A DNA stretch of 64,000 nucleotides, from assembly GCA_045646345.1 (NCBI GenBank), contig JAZRKN010000015.1, positions 96,001 through 160,000 on the forward strand, given 5' to 3'. This document shows positions 21,462 to 31,716 of this stretch, piece after piece (the first letter of the stretch is position 1; each line of letters begins with the position of its first letter). The position numbers and the translations under genes were made by a program. This DNA comes from Candidatus Scatovivens sp. GTDB lineage: Bacteria > Bacillota > Clostridia > TANB77 > CAG-508. The notes under the pieces were generated by a model, which saw only the letters and a list, made by a program, of their open reading frames with translations, did not search any database and was not told the DNA's origin.

Positions 21462-22337
21462 TTACTTCAAAACGTACTTATTTATAGCTTCTAAGACTCC
21501 CTCTGAATTATTATCTGCAACTATTTTATCTGCAATTTCTTTCATTTTCGGATTGCTATTTCCCATTACAACTCCAAGTCCTGCTTCTTCAATCATTTCT
21601 TTATCATTTACATTATCTCCAATAGTAATAACTTCCTCTTTTGCTATATTAAGTTTATCTAAAAGAAATTCTATAGCAGTCCATTTATTAACATTTTCAT
21701 TTGTTATTTCTGTATAGTAATATTGAATATCAATATCTTCTGTTCCTGATTTTATTTTTTTCTTAGACATATATGCTACTTCTAAAACATCAATTCCATC
21801 TATAGCTTTTAATCTTTTCATTATACTATTAAATATAAATTGTGATTCATCACACACTGTAATTTTCAAAAATTTTTCTTTTCCAGATTGTTCAATATAT
21901 TCAGCTATATTTTGTACAACATTTATATGAGTTCTTCTTTCTTCTATTTTTTTTACATTTTCTTTATGATAAAAAAGAACATTGTAATTAAGAGAACTAG
22001 CAATTACTTCATCCTCTGTATATACATTATAAAAAAAACTATTTTCTTCACACATTTTTGCAATATTTAAAACTTGTTCTTTGCTCAAAAATCTATCATA
22101 TAAAATTTTTTGATTTTTTATATCATAAACCGCCGCACCATTCCCTGAAATCAAAAAATTATCAACACCTAGTTCTATTGCCAAACTTTCTGTCGAACTA
22201 ATAGGTCTTCCTGAAGCAAGCACTATTTCTGTTCCTTGTTCTTTAGCTTTTTTCAAAGCCAATCTCGTTTCTTCAGAAACTTCTCCTAATGAATTAAGCA
22301 AAGTTCCATCTAAATCAATTGCCATTAATTTATACAT
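21462..22337 (-). CDS. Cof-type HAD-IIB hydrolase
   Basis: AIDLDGTLL, LASGR, GDNVNDKEM motifs. Confidence 0.93.
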   Translation of the reverse strand: MYKLMAIDLDGTLLNSLGEVSEETRLALKKAKEQGTEIVLASGRPISSTESLAIELGVDNFLISGNGAAVYDIKNQKILYDRFLSKEQVLNIAKMCEENSFFYNVYTEDEVIASSLNYNVLFYHKENVKKIEERRTHINVVQNIAEYIEQSGKEKFLKITVCDESQFIFNSIMKRLKAIDGIDVLEVAYMSKKKIKSGTEDIDIQYYYTEITNENVNKWTAIEFLLDKLNIAKEEVITIGDNVNDKEMIEEAGLGVVMGNSNPKMKEIADKIVADNNSEGVLEAINKYVLK

Positions 22338-22491
22338 ATTTTTCTCCTTCGTCTCCTTTAATAAAGTTATTATATCATTAAAACTTTTTTTGACAATATT
22401 ATTTAATATACAAATTATTCATACATATTTTACTTCACTTCTTTCCCTTTTATGATATAATATTTTATATTTTATCAACAAAGGAGGAAAA

Positions 22492-24076
22492 ATGAAAACA
22501 AAAAAAATCTCACCAATCGTGTTACTTTTCTCAATTCTTTTATCATTTGCAATTATTATTGGAAACAAAATTGTATTTTGTGGAAAAGTTTACGAAAACA
22601 ATTATTTAAAAAACAATTATTCATTGTTAGATCTTTTTTTATTTTTATTAATTATAGTAATAAGTTATATATCAATATTTTTTGTAAAAAAATTATATTT
22701 AAATTTTTATGATAAACTTTTAAGTTATAAAGCCAAAAGTAAATTTAATTTTTGTTTTTTTGCAATTGTACTTTTTTCTTTTGTATACTTTATATATTTT
22801 CTAACATTTTATCCAGGTGGAATATATACAGACACTCACACGTCGTATTTTATGATGAAAGGAATTGTACCTTTTACAAGCCACCATCCGGTTTTATATA
22901 CATTATTCACTTATATACTTACATTATTTAGACCATTTGAAATTGCAGTTGTAATATTTGCATTGTTACAACTATTATTTATGATTTCTACGCTTATTTA
23001 TTTTATTTATTGGTTATTAAACAAAGGATTAAACAAATATTTAGTTCTTTCCATTATATTTTTCTTAGCAATATTTAAACTTTATCCACTGTACAGCATT
23101 TCGCTTTGGAAAGACACACCATTTTCTTTAGCCTTATTCCTTTATACATTAACTTTTATAGATTTAATAATCGAATGTTTTTCTAAACAAGTGAAAACTT
23201 CAACAATAGTAAAATTAAATATATTTTCTATACTTGTTATATTTTTAAGAAACAATCGGTATTTTTATAACATTCATTAGTTTATTACTTTTATTTATTG
23301 TAAACTTTAAATACATTATAAAATCCAGAAAATCTATTCTTACAGGCTTTATCACAATATTAATCTCTTGGATAATTATGTCTTTATTCCCTTTAATGGG
23401 AATACCTGCCGCAAGTATTTGTGAATCTCTAGGAGTCCCAATTCAACAGGTCGCTTATGTTGTTGCTAATGATAAAAATGTAACACCAGAACAATTAGAA
23501 TTAATTGAAAGAGTTATGCCTGTCGCTGCAATAAAAAAATTTCATTACAATATGATTGTCGACCCACTAAAATGGTCATATTACTTTGATGATATATATT
23601 TAGAAGAACATTTATCTGAATATTTTAAACTATATGTTCAACTATTTTTCCAAAATCCAATAGAATATCTTGAAGCTTTTCTATTAGAAAACGCTGGGTT
23701 TTGGTCATTCACTGTAAATGGAAACGAAGCTTATATTTGTACTGAAAATTGGCATACTTATCGTTATTTTCATAATAAAGATTTAATATGCGAAGCTACT
23801 AATTTTTCTTTAAAAAACATTTTAAATCCAACAATTTATTTTAGCGGAGGACTGTTCTTCTGGATAACAGCAGCAAGCTTTGTTATTACTTCTCAAATTG
23901 CAAATAAAAAATTTTTACTTGGCTATTTACCATTATTAATTCTTTGGGGAACAATTATGATAGCAACACCACTTGCTGTAAGCTTAAGATATGTTTTCGC
24001 TTTAGTACTAGCTCTTCCTATTAATTTGACCTATCCGATTATTGCAAAAAAATATAGTGAATTAAAAACTGATTAA
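22492..24076 (+). CDS. Polytopic membrane protein (DUF6020/GT-C-like), split by a +1 frameshift at a CGG codon (about 527 aa when joined)
   Basis: FYPG..TD, HHPVLYTL, WKDTPFS motifs. AGA AAC AAT C|GGT ATT: skipping C23257 gives LRNNGIF and an open frame, with two more hydrophobic segments, into ORF 23378-24076. Confidence 0.75.
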
Positions 24077-24081
24077 TTAAC

Positions 24082-24122
24082 AAAACAAAAAGAAGTAGGA
24101 TCACCTACTTCTTTTTTGTTTT
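24082..24122. terminator. Bidirectional intrinsic terminator
   Basis: AAAAAGAAGTAGG-ATCA-CCTACTTCTTTTT between convergent genes. Confidence 0.85.
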
Positions 24123-24141
24123 AAAAAAAATCTAATTTTAC

Positions 24142-24342
24142 TTATTTGTTAGCCATTTGATTTTCAGCTTGTTCTATCATTTTTTTAACCATGTTACCAC
24201 CGATTCTACCAGCATCTCTTGCAGATATATTTCCGTTATAACCATTTTTTAAATTAACTCCAACTTCACTAGCAACTTCATATTTAAATCTTTCTAATGA
24301 ATCCATTGCTTCTGGAACTACATTTTTATTACTTCTTGCCAT
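24142..24342 (-). CDS. Alpha/beta-type small acid-soluble spore protein
   Basis: VVPEA..LERFKYEVASEVGV...ARDAGRIGGNMVKKMI; GGAGGTG RBS favours the ATG at 24342. Confidence 0.95.
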   Translation of the reverse strand: MARSNKNVVPEAMDSLERFKYEVASEVGVNLKNGYNGNISARDAGRIGGNMVKKMIEQAENQMANK

Positions 24343-24474
24343 TTTATTCACCTCCGAAATTTACTGTGTCTTTTACACTTATAAAAAAACTTTAAATTAA
24401 ATAATAATTTAATAATTTTTCTAACTATATATTGCGCATTTATTAAAAAAATAAACAAGTAAATTTTGGAAAAC

Positions 24475-24504
24475 AAAAAAAGTGCTACAGAAAATTGTAG
24501 CACT
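24475..24504 (-). terminator. Intrinsic terminator after hpf
   Basis: AGTGCTACA-loop-TGTAGCACT with an adjacent A7 run (U-tract on the minus strand). Confidence 0.75.
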
Positions 24505-24526
24505 ACACTATATACTTATTTAATTA

Positions 24527-25063
24527 TTATGCTTCTGGTTCTACTAAACCATAATTGTTTGAATCTTTTAATTTAAAGATTACATTTACTTTTCCAGTAT
24601 CTACATTTACGAATGTATAGAAAATGTTTCCTTTTCTTTCTTCTAATTTAATTTTTGCATCTTCTACTGAAATTGGTTTTAAATCATAAGAAATTGATTT
24701 TACTATTTCATCTTCAACTTTAACTTCAGCAACTCCTGCTAAGTTCATTTGTTTTATAGATGAATCTTTCATCATTTTTTCTCTTTTAGCTTTAGCTTTT
24801 CTTATTTGTCCTTCTAGAATATCTATATCTTTATCAATTGAAGCGTATAAGTCTTTATCTTCAGTAACTGCTTTGTAAGACATTCCTTTTACAGAAACAT
24901 ACATTTCTGCAATTTCAGATGTTACATTTTCTTTTTTGATTGTTACTGTTACATCAATTTCTTCTTCTCCAAAATATTTTTCTATTCTTGTTAGTTTTTT
25001 CTCAGCGTAATCTTTAATTGCTTCTGTAGCTTTTAGTTCTTTTCCTGTTATTGTTATATTCAT
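24527..25063 (-). CDS. hpf: Ribosome hibernation promoting factor, long form (HPF/RaiA)
   Basis: MNITITGKELKATEAIKDYAEKKL..DLYASID; C-terminal LKPISVEDA..VNVIFK..YGLVEP. Confidence 0.93.
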   Translation of the reverse strand: MNITITGKELKATEAIKDYAEKKLTRIEKYFGEEEIDVTVTIKKENVTSEIAEMYVSVKGMSYKAVTEDKDLYASIDKDIDILEGQIRKAKAKREKMMKDSSIKQMNLAGVAEVKVEDEIVKSISYDLKPISVEDAKIKLEERKGNIFYTFVNVDTGKVNVIFKLKDSNNYGLVEPEA

Positions 25064-25164
25064 AATAACCACTCCTTCTCTTTAAGTATATTTGCATAAT
25101 CATTATATAAGTAATTTGTCTATTTTGCAAGTGAAATTTTCATGTCTACAATATTTTTTAGTCA

Positions 25165-25893
25165 TTAAAACAACTTTTCTAATTTATATTCTTTTTCTAA
25201 TTTTTCATTCAAATAAATATTAGCAATTAACTCTAATTCTTTTCTACAATTCTCAGACAATTCAAAGGAGAAAATCTTTTTTGGATCTGCAGTCATAATA
25301 TATGTTATTGCATTTTTTGTAGGATCACTCATTGCAATACTTCCTGTATCTTGCTTCCCACAAGCAGAACATTTAAATCCATTGTCTATAATACTAAAAT
25401 GTTTTAAATTTTCTTTACACTTGCACGAAACACATTCTCTTACATTCGGTGCAAATCCTAATATCTTAAGCATTCTTAGTTTAAATACAGATGTTATAAA
25501 ATCTAAATCTTTATCCGTCTCCGAAATCATATATAATGTATTTAAAAACAGCTTTAATGTATTAAATGAATTCTGATTTTCTGTCGTTACATCATTAATT
25601 ATTTTTGTTATGTAAGATGCATAAGTTAATTTATCCAAATCAGTTCTAATATTATAAAACATTTCAATTGTTTCACACGAATTCATTGTATAATGTTCTG
25701 AACCTTTAAAAAGCATATATTCACCAAAACACAAAAATTGAGTGCCGCTAAGCAGAAGGCTCTTCGGTCTCCTCGAGCCTTTTGCACTGCACCCAATCTT
25801 TCCTAAATTGGGAGTTAAGATAGTAAGCATTTTATCAAAATCTCCCATATTATTTTCAGCAATTATTATCCCATTTACCTTTACATTCTTCAT
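25165..25893 (-). CDS. recO: DNA repair protein RecO
   Basis: GIII..GDFDKMLTILT..GKI..AKGSRRPKS; CxxC...CxxC zinc finger; downstream of era. Confidence 0.95.
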   Translation of the reverse strand: MKNVKVNGIIIAENNMGDFDKMLTILTPNLGKIGCSAKGSRRPKSLLLSGTQFLCFGEYMLFKGSEHYTMNSCETIEMFYNIRTDLDKLTYASYITKIINDVTTENQNSFNTLKLFLNTLYMISETDKDLDFITSVFKLRMLKILGFAPNVRECVSCKCKENLKHFSIIDNGFKCSACGKQDTGSIAMSDPTKNAITYIMTADPKKIFSFELSENCRKELELIANIYLNEKLEKEYKLEKLF

Positions 25894-26002
25894 CTATTGT
25901 TACCTTCATATTTTCTTCCATATTTTTTACTTCTCTAAATTCAAGGTAAGAATTAATATCTCCAGTTTGCTTAAATGTATTCCACGCAATGTTTTTTATC
26001 AT
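25856..26002 (-). CDS. yqzL: YqzL-like small protein (48 aa)
   Basis: Read by hand: MIKNIAWNTFKQTGDINSYLEFREV..., matching the YqzL WxxFxxTGxIxxYL motif, at the usual era-recO position. Confidence 0.85.
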   Translation of the reverse strand: MIKNIAWNTFKQTGDINSYLEFREVKNMEENMKVTIDEECKGKWDNNC

Positions 26003-26061
26003 AACGCATCCCACCCTTTCTTTTATATCTTTTGTAAATTTTAGAAGATTATTCAGTAATT

Positions 26062-26964
26062 TTATTTCAACTTAAATTTATTAACAATACTATCTTTTTC
26101 TTGCCAATCTTCTTTTACTTTAACCCAAACTTTTAAGTTTACTTTGGTTCCAAGCATTTCTTCTATATCTTGTCTCGCTGTAGATGCAATTTTCTTTAAA
26201 AGATTTCCACCTTTTCCTATTATTATTCCTTTATGAGATTCTCTCAAACAATATATCGTTGCATCTATATCATGAATATCTTCACCTTTTGAAGTTTTTC
26301 TTTCTTTAAATTTTTCTATCTCAATATAAACACCATGAGGTACTTCATCATTTAAAAACTTCAATGCTTTTTCTCTAATTATTTCTTCTGCTATTTGTCT
26401 AACAGTTTGATCTGTATATTCATCATCAGAATAATATTTAGGTCCTTCTGGTAATAATTTTACTATTTCACTAATGATAGAATCTACACCATCTTCTTTA
26501 GTCGCAGATATTGGTACTACCGCTTTAAATTCATATTCATCATTATAAATTTTAATTAGATTCAACAATTTTTCTCTTCTTACTAAATCAATTTTATTTA
26601 TAACTAAAATACATGGTTTCTTGCTTTCTTTTATTCTATCTAATATTAATTTGTCTCCTCTACCAATTTCTGTAGAATCAGCTTCAATTAAAAATAATAT
26701 TACATCCACTTCTGAAAACATTGTAAATGCTGTTGATACCATTGTTTCACCAAGCTTTGTTTTTGGTTTATGTATTCCTGGTGTATCAGTTATTATTATT
26801 TGATAATTATCATCATTTAAAATTGCTTTTATTGCTGTTCTTGTAGTTTGAACTTTATTTGCTGTAATAGCAATTTTTTCTTTTACTAAAGAATTAAGCA
26901 ATGTTGATTTTCCTACATTAGTTCTTCCAACTAGCGTTACAAAACCCGATTTAAATTCTCCCAT
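26062..26964 (-). CDS. era: GTPase Era
   Basis: GRTNVGKST, DTPGIHKP, NKID, KH domain with GIIIGKGG. Confidence 0.97.
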   Translation of the reverse strand: MGEFKSGFVTLVGRTNVGKSTLLNSLVKEKIAITANKVQTTRTAIKAILNDDNYQIIITDTPGIHKPKTKLGETMVSTAFTMFSEVDVILFLIEADSTEIGRGDKLILDRIKESKKPCILVINKIDLVRREKLLNLIKIYNDEYEFKAVVPISATKEDGVDSIISEIVKLLPEGPKYYSDDEYTDQTVRQIAEEIIREKALKFLNDEVPHGVYIEIEKFKERKTSKGEDIHDIDATIYCLRESHKGIIIGKGGNLLKKIASTARQDIEEMLGTKVNLKVWVKVKEDWQEKDSIVNKFKLK

Positions 26965-26976
26965 ATTTTATACTTC

Positions 26977-28068
26977 CTATTCTATTCCTGTAAATGTTAC
27001 ATCTGAATCTATTGGACATACATTAACCCATGTATTTCCATCATTTACTTTTATTTCTTCTCCATTTAAATCAACATATACAGTTTGTTCACGTCTAGAT
27101 TCCTTATTACATTTAATTTTTATTGCTTTACCATTTGTTATATAATATCCATCTAAACTTCCAACTGTTATTACATCTTGTCTTCCTTTGTTTTCTCCAT
27201 CATCTAAAGTATAGTTTTCTGCAAATGTTATAATCAAATTTTTTGTTGTTACTGGTTCATTTGTCATTTCATCATACATCATTTTGCCTTTTGACCATCT
27301 TGTATATCTTCCAGTTTCACTATCGTATTTATATTCAACAGTATGTCCTTTTGCATAAGGAATTTTTACAGATTCTACTGAAAATGCATCTTCTGATTCT
27401 AAATTAACTTCTTCAGCACTATAATTTAATACACTTTCTTTATCTGATGTTTTTCTCCATCCATATCCATTAGCAACTTTTAAGATTGCATCTGTATTTG
27501 TATAAGCATTATGTGGAGCTTTTTTATGAGTAGCTCTCCAATATAAAGAATCTTCTGTTCTAGCTTTTCCAGTATCATATATTTGTCCATTTATATGTTC
27601 TATACAAAATTCTTGAAAAGCAGCTTGTGCCTGAGGACTCATCCCTAAGTGAGCATATAAAGCATCGTTTTCCATTGCATAATCAATAAAATAATGTCTT
27701 GCACTTCTTATTGGACCTACTTGATCAGCTACAGTCCCTTTAAATAAAGCCATTAATCTTGATTCTCCTCCTTCAACAATAATTTCATAAACCATATATG
27801 TTGAATTTAAAGAAGCTTGTGGTTGTGCATTTTTATTATTATCAATCATAAATGCAATTGGTCTATCATTTCCGTTAAATATTTTTATTTCTGGTTCTTT
27901 TTCTTCTACAACTTCTTCTTTTTTATTTTTTAATTCGTTGTCTTCAGCAACTTCTACAATCTCATCCATGTCTTCGACTTTATTAAAATCTGTGAAATAC
28001 CAATAAACACCATATCCAATTCCTACAATTAAAATTAATGCAATTAATACTTTAAAAAAATTTTTCAT
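26977..28068 (-). CDS. DUF3048 (YerB-like) membrane-anchored protein
   Basis: RPIAFMIDN..AQPQ..VYE..VEGGESRL..GPIRSARHY..APHNAY; GGAGG RBS favours ATG at 28068. Confidence 0.85.
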   Translation of the reverse strand: MKNFFKVLIALILIVGIGYGVYWYFTDFNKVEDMDEIVEVAEDNELKNKKEEVVEEKEPEIKIFNGNDRPIAFMIDNNKNAQPQASLNSTYMVYEIIVEGGESRLMALFKGTVADQVGPIRSARHYFIDYAMENDALYAHLGMSPQAQAAFQEFCIEHINGQIYDTGKARTEDSLYWRATHKKAPHNAYTNTDAILKVANGYGWRKTSDKESVLNYSAEEVNLESEDAFSVESVKIPYAKGHTVEYKYDSETGRYTRWSKGKMMYDEMTNEPVTTKNLIITFAENYTLDDGENKGRQDVITVGSLDGYYITNGKAIKIKCNKESRREQTVYVDLNGEEIKVNDGNTWVNVCPIDSDVTFTGIE

Positions 28069-28087
28069 ATGAATCCTCCGTATATTA

Positions 28088-28387
28088 TTACTTATTATTT
28101 TTATTATATTCATCTTCCCAATCTTTTATTGTTAAGAATAAACTATCATATGCTTCATCTTCTGTTTTATAAAATCCTATATTTTCAACAATTCCTCTTT
28201 CTGAATCTGTAAAAAATATTACGTATTCTTCATCTTTTTCATGGAAATAGCATCCATATAAATTATCTCTTTTATTATCTTTGTAAAGTTCTTTTTGATT
28301 TTTAGAATATGTTTGAATTTTTCCATTACGATGAATTTTTTCTAATTTTAATTCTTTAATTTTTTTCTCAAATTCTGCTTTTTTCAT
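28088..28387 (-). CDS. Small hypothetical protein, Imm59-like immunity fold possible
   Basis: YVIFFTDSERG...YKTEDEAYD resembles the Imm59 pattern; recognised from memory only. Confidence 0.45.
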   Translation of the reverse strand: MKKAEFEKKIKELKLEKIHRNGKIQTYSKNQKELYKDNKRDNLYGCYFHEKDEEYVIFFTDSERGIVENIGFYKTEDEAYDSLFLTIKDWEDEYNKNNK

Positions 28388-28397
28388 TTTTATTTCC

Positions 28398-28778
28398 TTA
28401 TCTTCCTATTAAATTTATTATTTTAGGCAAAAATAATATTATTCCAATTATTACTGACATAATTGCAGATAGAGTAACCGCTCCTGCTGATACATCTTTC
28501 ACAATTCTTGCAATTTCATTATATTCTAAAGTATATAAATCCACTGTTTTTTCAATTGCTGTGTTTATAACTTCGCAAATCAATACTACAAATATAGTTA
28601 AAGTTAATATTCCTAATTCTATTAACGAAATTTTTAATAAAAATCCTAATATTATTGCAAGTATTGCAAATATCATTTGAATTTTTATATTACTTCCATA
28701 TTTCCAAACAAATTTGATACCATTTAATGCATTTTTTAAGCTTTGAAAAAAATTTTTATTTTTCCACTTATTTTCCAT
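28398..28778 (-). CDS. dgkA: Diacylglycerol/undecaprenol kinase
   Basis: SLKNALNGI, EVINTAIEKTVDL, KDVSAGAV; three TM helices. Confidence 0.92.
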   Translation of the reverse strand: MENKWKNKNFFQSLKNALNGIKFVWKYGSNIKIQMIFAILAIILGFLLKISLIELGILTLTIFVVLICEVINTAIEKTVDLYTLEYNEIARIVKDVSAGAVTLSAIMSVIIGIILFLPKIINLIGR

Positions 28779-28791
28779 ATATCCTCTAAAA

Positions 28792-29268
28792 TTATTCTTC
28801 TCTCAATATTTTTAATCTGTTTAGTACGTTTTCTTCTTTTTCTCTCATTACTATTTTATCAGATTCTTCAATATGATCTTCTCCCATTAAATGGTAAAAC
28901 CCATGAACTACCATATAAGCAAGTTCTCTTTCAAAACTATGCCCATATTCTACAGCTTGTTCTTTCACTCTTTCGATAGATATTACTATATCTCCTAAAG
29001 CTTCTTCGTATTGGCAATTTTTCATTTCATGGATTTCATCTTTTTCAAACATTGGAAATGAAAGCACATCGGTTTCTTTGTCTATATTTCTATATTCATT
29101 GTTTAGTTTTCTTATGTTTTCAGGATTTGTTAGAGTTATGCTTATGTATAACTTTGAATCTAACATTTCTTCCACCAAAAAACATTCATTTAAAACTTTA
29201 TTAATTACTTCTTCATATTCTTCATTTGTTTCAAAATCTAAATATTCTATTTCAGCAATTTTTTTCAT
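28792..29268 (-). CDS. ybeY: rRNA maturation endoribonuclease YbeY
   Basis: TDVLSFP, LGDIVIS, HGFYHLMGEDH. Confidence 0.96.
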   Translation of the reverse strand: MKKIAEIEYLDFETNEEYEEVINKVLNECFLVEEMLDSKLYISITLTNPENIRKLNNEYRNIDKETDVLSFPMFEKDEIHEMKNCQYEEALGDIVISIERVKEQAVEYGHSFERELAYMVVHGFYHLMGEDHIEESDKIVMREKEENVLNRLKILREE

Positions 29269-29283
29269 AAATATTCCTCTATT

Positions 29284-30468
29284 TTATAATTTTGTAAAAA
29301 AACCTTTTCTTGTTTTACATGTTGATTTTTTGATTTTTTTCATTACGCCTAATTCAACCAATTTATCTTTATAGAATTGTCTTACTTCTGCATATTTTTC
29401 ATATTCATCTGCTGTTTCATATAATTCTCTTCTTAAAGATAATATCTCTTTTTCTTCTGAAGATCCTGTTTTGCTATATGCATCCCAGAATTTTTTGTAA
29501 GCATCTCTTTCTTGTGGCTTATCCCAATATACTTTTGTTGATAATAGTTTTACATTATAGTCTTCTATTAATTCTAAAAGCATTCTATAAGTTGTCTCTC
29601 TTTTTTCTGTTACTTTTGTACTAACTATTAAATTTCTTGTATCTTTTAATAATTTTTTATAGCATTGTTCTGCAGCAACTAAAGGTAAGCTGTGAGTAAA
29701 TAAAACTCTACTCAAACCAAGTAATATCATATTCTTCTCTAAGAAATCTTTTTCATCCAATTTCCCAACAGAGAACTTTTCATATTCATCATATTCTTGA
29801 AGAATTTTGCTATATTTTTCTTCGCCTTCAATTCTGATTTTTATAGGTAGCATATTTTTTATATAATCTTCTAATGTTTCAAAAATCTTTTTATATAAAT
29901 CTGCTTGATTTACAACTTTTGCTCTAATTCCATCTGCTAATTTTACAGAATAATTTTTTAATATTCCTTTATATATTGTATCTATTTTTTCAATATATAT
30001 AGGTTCATATTTCACTAAAACCTTATCTTTTCCTGTAGCTGTTAAACTTTCATGATCTAAATCTAATAAAAATTTTTGTTTCCTGTATTTATACTCTAAG
30101 TATTCATTATCTTTTAAATGAACTATTGTATAATAATTTGCAAGAGCATCTTTCTCATAGTTTGATGCAGTATTATTTTTTACTTTTTTATAAATAGAAT
30201 CCATTATATGTTTATCAATTGATTCTAGATATAAAGTATAACTTTCATCATATCTATTTTGTAGTTGTTCTTTTTTAGAAACATCATTATTAGCTGTAGC
30301 TACTTTTAATTGTTCATAATTTTTAATAGCTGCAGTTCTTTTTATATTAATCATCATTCCATTAATACCAATTTTTGTTGGTATTAATAATTTTGTTAAA
30401 GTGTTAGAAACTTTATTAAAAAAAGTTGTATTATTCGAAAGTACTTTTAAACTTCTCTCTTCTACCAT
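29284..30468 (-). CDS. Hypothetical helical cytoplasmic protein
   Basis: 394-aa ORF with AAAGGA RBS; no motif recognised. Confidence 0.7.
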   Translation of the reverse strand: MVEERSLKVLSNNTTFFNKVSNTLTKLLIPTKIGINGMMINIKRTAAIKNYEQLKVATANNDVSKKEQLQNRYDESYTLYLESIDKHIMDSIYKKVKNNTASNYEKDALANYYTIVHLKDNEYLEYKYRKQKFLLDLDHESLTATGKDKVLVKYEPIYIEKIDTIYKGILKNYSVKLADGIRAKVVNQADLYKKIFETLEDYIKNMLPIKIRIEGEEKYSKILQEYDEYEKFSVGKLDEKDFLEKNMILLGLSRVLFTHSLPLVAAEQCYKKLLKDTRNLIVSTKVTEKRETTYRMLLELIEDYNVKLLSTKVYWDKPQERDAYKKFWDAYSKTGSSEEKEILSLRRELYETADEYEKYAEVRQFYKDKLVELGVMKKIKKSTCKTRKGFFTKL

Positions 30469-30507
30469 ATAAATCCCATCCTTTCAAAACCATTAATAAG
30501 TCTGAAA

Positions 30508-31713
30508 TTATTCTGGACTTATTTGTCTTTCGTCTTTTATTCCAATCTTTTGTTTAACTTCATATACTAATGTTACTGTAATTCCATCATCTTCAATCTT
30601 AGTATATAAATCTCTTTTTTTATATTTATCTTCGTATTTTGATATTTCGAATTCTGATTCCATTTCTTTTTCGAGCTCTTCTTCAATTTTAAAAATCAGC
30701 TCATCATTTGAGAATTTTTTTTGTTTCATTTCATATTCTATATAGGTCGTATTTTTTATCTCAAATGGTAAATAAAAATCAGCAAAAATCCTTATCTTTT
30801 TTCTTGTGCTTATTGTATCATAATTTTCAAAATTTAAAAGCCTTTTATTGAAATTTATTGCAAAATTATTTATACAAATTTCTTTTTTTTCTAACTTTTT
30901 TCCAGTTTCTATTTTTTCATTTTGGACAAAAAATTCTTTCCTTTCTTTTGAATATATTTTTTGTCCAAAAACATCTGCATCTGCATAAACATTTCTTGTT
31001 CCAGTATTAGCTCCTTCCATAACTCCTTCAACCAAAATATCACCTTTTTTTACAATATCACCAACCTTTACTCGTGCTGTACCACTTCTGACTATGATTT
31101 TCGAAATAACAGAATCTTCCATTGCAATAATATTGTTTATTTCTTTCTTATTTATAATCTCAGGAACTTTTATACTTTCTTCAACAGTAACAATAACATT
31201 AGTCCCACTAACACTTATTCCAATCCAAGATATATCTTCTCTTCTTAATCTTATTGAATTACTTATTTTTTCTGTATTAATTCCATTTTTTAATTTTCCT
31301 TTTTCAATACCATGTTCAAGAAGAAGTTCCATTATATCTTCAATTGGAATACTTGTATTTCCAATTATTTCTATATTCCAAATAAATTTAGTTAAAACAA
31401 AAATAAAAATTGCAATTACTACTATAGCAATTGCAAATACTTTTCTTTTTCTATATCTATTTATAAAAAATGGAACTCCTCGCTTTTTCTCAATATTTAG
31501 TTTACACTTTGATTTTTTTGCTATATGTCTAATGGTTTTAAAATCTGATTTTAAAACTTTTACTTTTATATATGTACCATTTTCAAATTTTTCTAAATCT
31601 TTTAAAAAAATTTCTTTCTGCCTGCACAAATTAAGAAAACGTTCTATAAAAAATCCTTCAACTACAATATTTAAGTAACCTGCCAAAAACATATATATTA
31701 ATTTTATAAACAT
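30508..31713 (-). CDS. yqfD: Sporulation protein YqfD
   Basis: ERFLNLC, GVPFF, FIWNIEIIGN, VKKGDILVEG; follows yqfC. Confidence 0.9.
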   Translation of the reverse strand: MFIKLIYMFLAGYLNIVVEGFFIERFLNLCRQKEIFLKDLEKFENGTYIKVKVLKSDFKTIRHIAKKSKCKLNIEKKRGVPFFINRYRKRKVFAIAIVVIAIFIFVLTKFIWNIEIIGNTSIPIEDIMELLLEHGIEKGKLKNGINTEKISNSIRLRREDISWIGISVSGTNVIVTVEESIKVPEIINKKEINNIIAMEDSVISKIIVRSGTARVKVGDIVKKGDILVEGVMEGANTGTRNVYADADVFGQKIYSKERKEFFVQNEKIETGKKLEKKEICINNFAINFNKRLLNFENYDTISTRKKIRIFADFYLPFEIKNTTYIEYEMKQKKFSNDELIFKIEEELEKEMESEFEISKYEDKYKKRDLYTKIEDDGITVTLVYEVKQKIGIKDERQISPE

Positions 31714-31716
31714 TGA

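Noticed and set aside
28069-28113. In-frame CGG in the ORF-track N-terminal extension of the DUF3048 gene (ATA CGG AGG ATT CAT ATG)
   Set aside because: It is the GGAGG ribosome-binding site upstream of the true ATG at 28068, so it is not a translated codon and not a counterexample to the CGG pattern.
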